A stretch of DNA of 63,994 nucleotides, counting the filler, from Octopus bimaculoides (taxonomy: Eukaryota): the NCBI RefSeq assembly GCF_001194135.2. It is 7 parts of 7 records of this genome, joined end to end, with 100 filler letters (N's around TTAATTAATTAA, not from the genome) between each part and the next. Parts side by side here need not be neighbours in the genome. Positions count along the whole stretch, not along the records: positions 62,762 to 63,994 come from NC_068981.1; 6 more parts are not named here. One strand, 5' to 3'. The first letter of the stretch is position 1, and each line of letters opens with the position of its first letter. Below are positions 62,662 to 63,994 of the stretch, one piece after another. A model generated the notes under the pieces. The model did no database searches. It was given only the letters and a program-made list of their open reading frames with translations, and was not told where the DNA came from. The position numbers and the translations under genes were made by a program.

Positions 62662-63065
62662 NNNNNNNNNNNNNNNNNNNNNNNNNNNNNNNNNNNNNNN
62701 NNNNNTTAATTAATTAANNNNNNNNNNNNNNNNNNNNNNNNNNNNNNNNNNNNNNNNNNNNTATATATATATATATATATATATATATACGCAAGTATGT
62801 ATGTATATATATATTAATAAGGAGAAATACCTTACGGATGGAGATTTTATATTTTTATTAATGCATTGCTACGTATATTTCGGCATGGCATATATTTTTA
62901 TGGGACCACCTCACTATATCCATAGAATATAACTAAATATTTATAATATCCATGGACCCTATGTTAGCCCATTAATTAGACATGCATACTTTTTCAGACA
63001 GTTTTTATGAACCACTGGTAGACATCTGCTATATACTATGTTTGTGTGTGTGCGTGCGCACGCAT

Positions 63066-63115
<50 letters not shown>

Positions 63116-63711
63116 TCACGCTCAAATATATATATAAAGATATGTACGCGTGTATGTATATGTAAGACGTTTGTGTTTACGTCCCTTTGACTGTAGTAAG
63201 TCCCTGGATGCTACCGTCTCGAGGCCTAGGACTCATGGGACCGATTACCCGGCTTCCATGGCGTTTAATTGGCCGAAGTCAAAATATTTTCCCTGAACGG
63301 GGCGCCAATCTGTCGCATTTACAATTGTGCGAACTGAAGCAACGTGAAATGTTTTCCCTCAAGAACACAACGATCTCGCGATCGTGATTGCAGCACCTTT
63401 AATCACATGGCCACACATCTTCACCTTCTACTTTCTTTTTTTTTTTTTTTTTTTTTTTTTGCAAGGCTTCAAAAAGGAGGCTCATTTAAATGTGTTTCTT
63501 TGTTATTCAATTTCTTCTACTCATTGACGTCATTTCTTTCGCATTCTTCTGCATTGCTATGATTTCTTGGCAGAAAAGTTCAAAAGCGAATATTTCAGTG
63601 GTGTTTATTTTCGTGTACCACATACAAAAATGAAGCTTTGTCTTCTGTGACAATCTTAAGTTTGGTTATGCTTTCTTTTATTCATTTACTTGTCTCAGTC
63701 ATTTTGACTTC

Positions 63712-63994
63712 GGCCAAGCTTTGGATTGATCCAAATTGATCAGGGCCCCACCCATGCCAGGTTCCTTAACTACCCTCTCTATGATGTAGCGCATCATATG
63801 GAGGTTGCCATGGATGCTCCGACCCGGCACGGCACATGTCTGCTCCGTGCCGACCAGTTTCTCGATGACAAGCGCCAACCGCTTGGCTAACACCTTGGCC
63901 AAAATTTTCAAGTCTGCATTGAGCAGAGTGATGGGCCTAAAGTTATCTATGGCGTCCCCCTTGTTTGGATCTTTCTTCAGCAGCGTTACCGCTC
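63712..63994 (-). mobile_element. L1/Tx1-clade LINE RT fragment (continues beyond the window)
   Basis: AVTLLKKDPNKGDAIDNFRPITLLNADLKILAKVLAKRL...QTCAVPGRSIHGNL...LINLDQSKA. Confidence 0.9.

Overview
AT-rich, microsatellite-dense, gapped animal genomic DNA. The SINE families and repeat landscape suggest an octopod cephalopod (inference from memory, no database check). Six 100-nt N44-TTAATTAATTAA-N44 spacers split the window into seven joined scaffold pieces, so adjacency across them is uncertain. Most sequence is decayed transposon material: tRNA-derived SINEs, several Tc1/mariner lineages, a Tigger-like remnant, Penelope-like elements, RTE, R4/Dong-type and L1/Tx1 LINE fragments, a Ty3/gypsy pol fragment, solo LTRs, a non-autonomous Helitron and fold-back MITEs. 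Two host-gene signals are supportable. One is a 552-nt minus-strand exon resembling the ectodomain of a LIV-1/ZIP4-ZIP12-type zinc transporter, with a tandemly expanded His/Asp tract. The other is an unrecognised plus-strand gene at 22.2-27.6 kb built from duplicated phase-0 exons with CxxC and (E/D)(I/V)N(I/V)x(L/F)A motifs. The most notable mobile-RNA observations are a tRNA-headed SINE carrying a minimal hammerhead ribozyme (two copies), and a 581-bp TRIM-like LTR element with a perfect tRNA-Trp primer-binding site and internal PBS-derived repeats.
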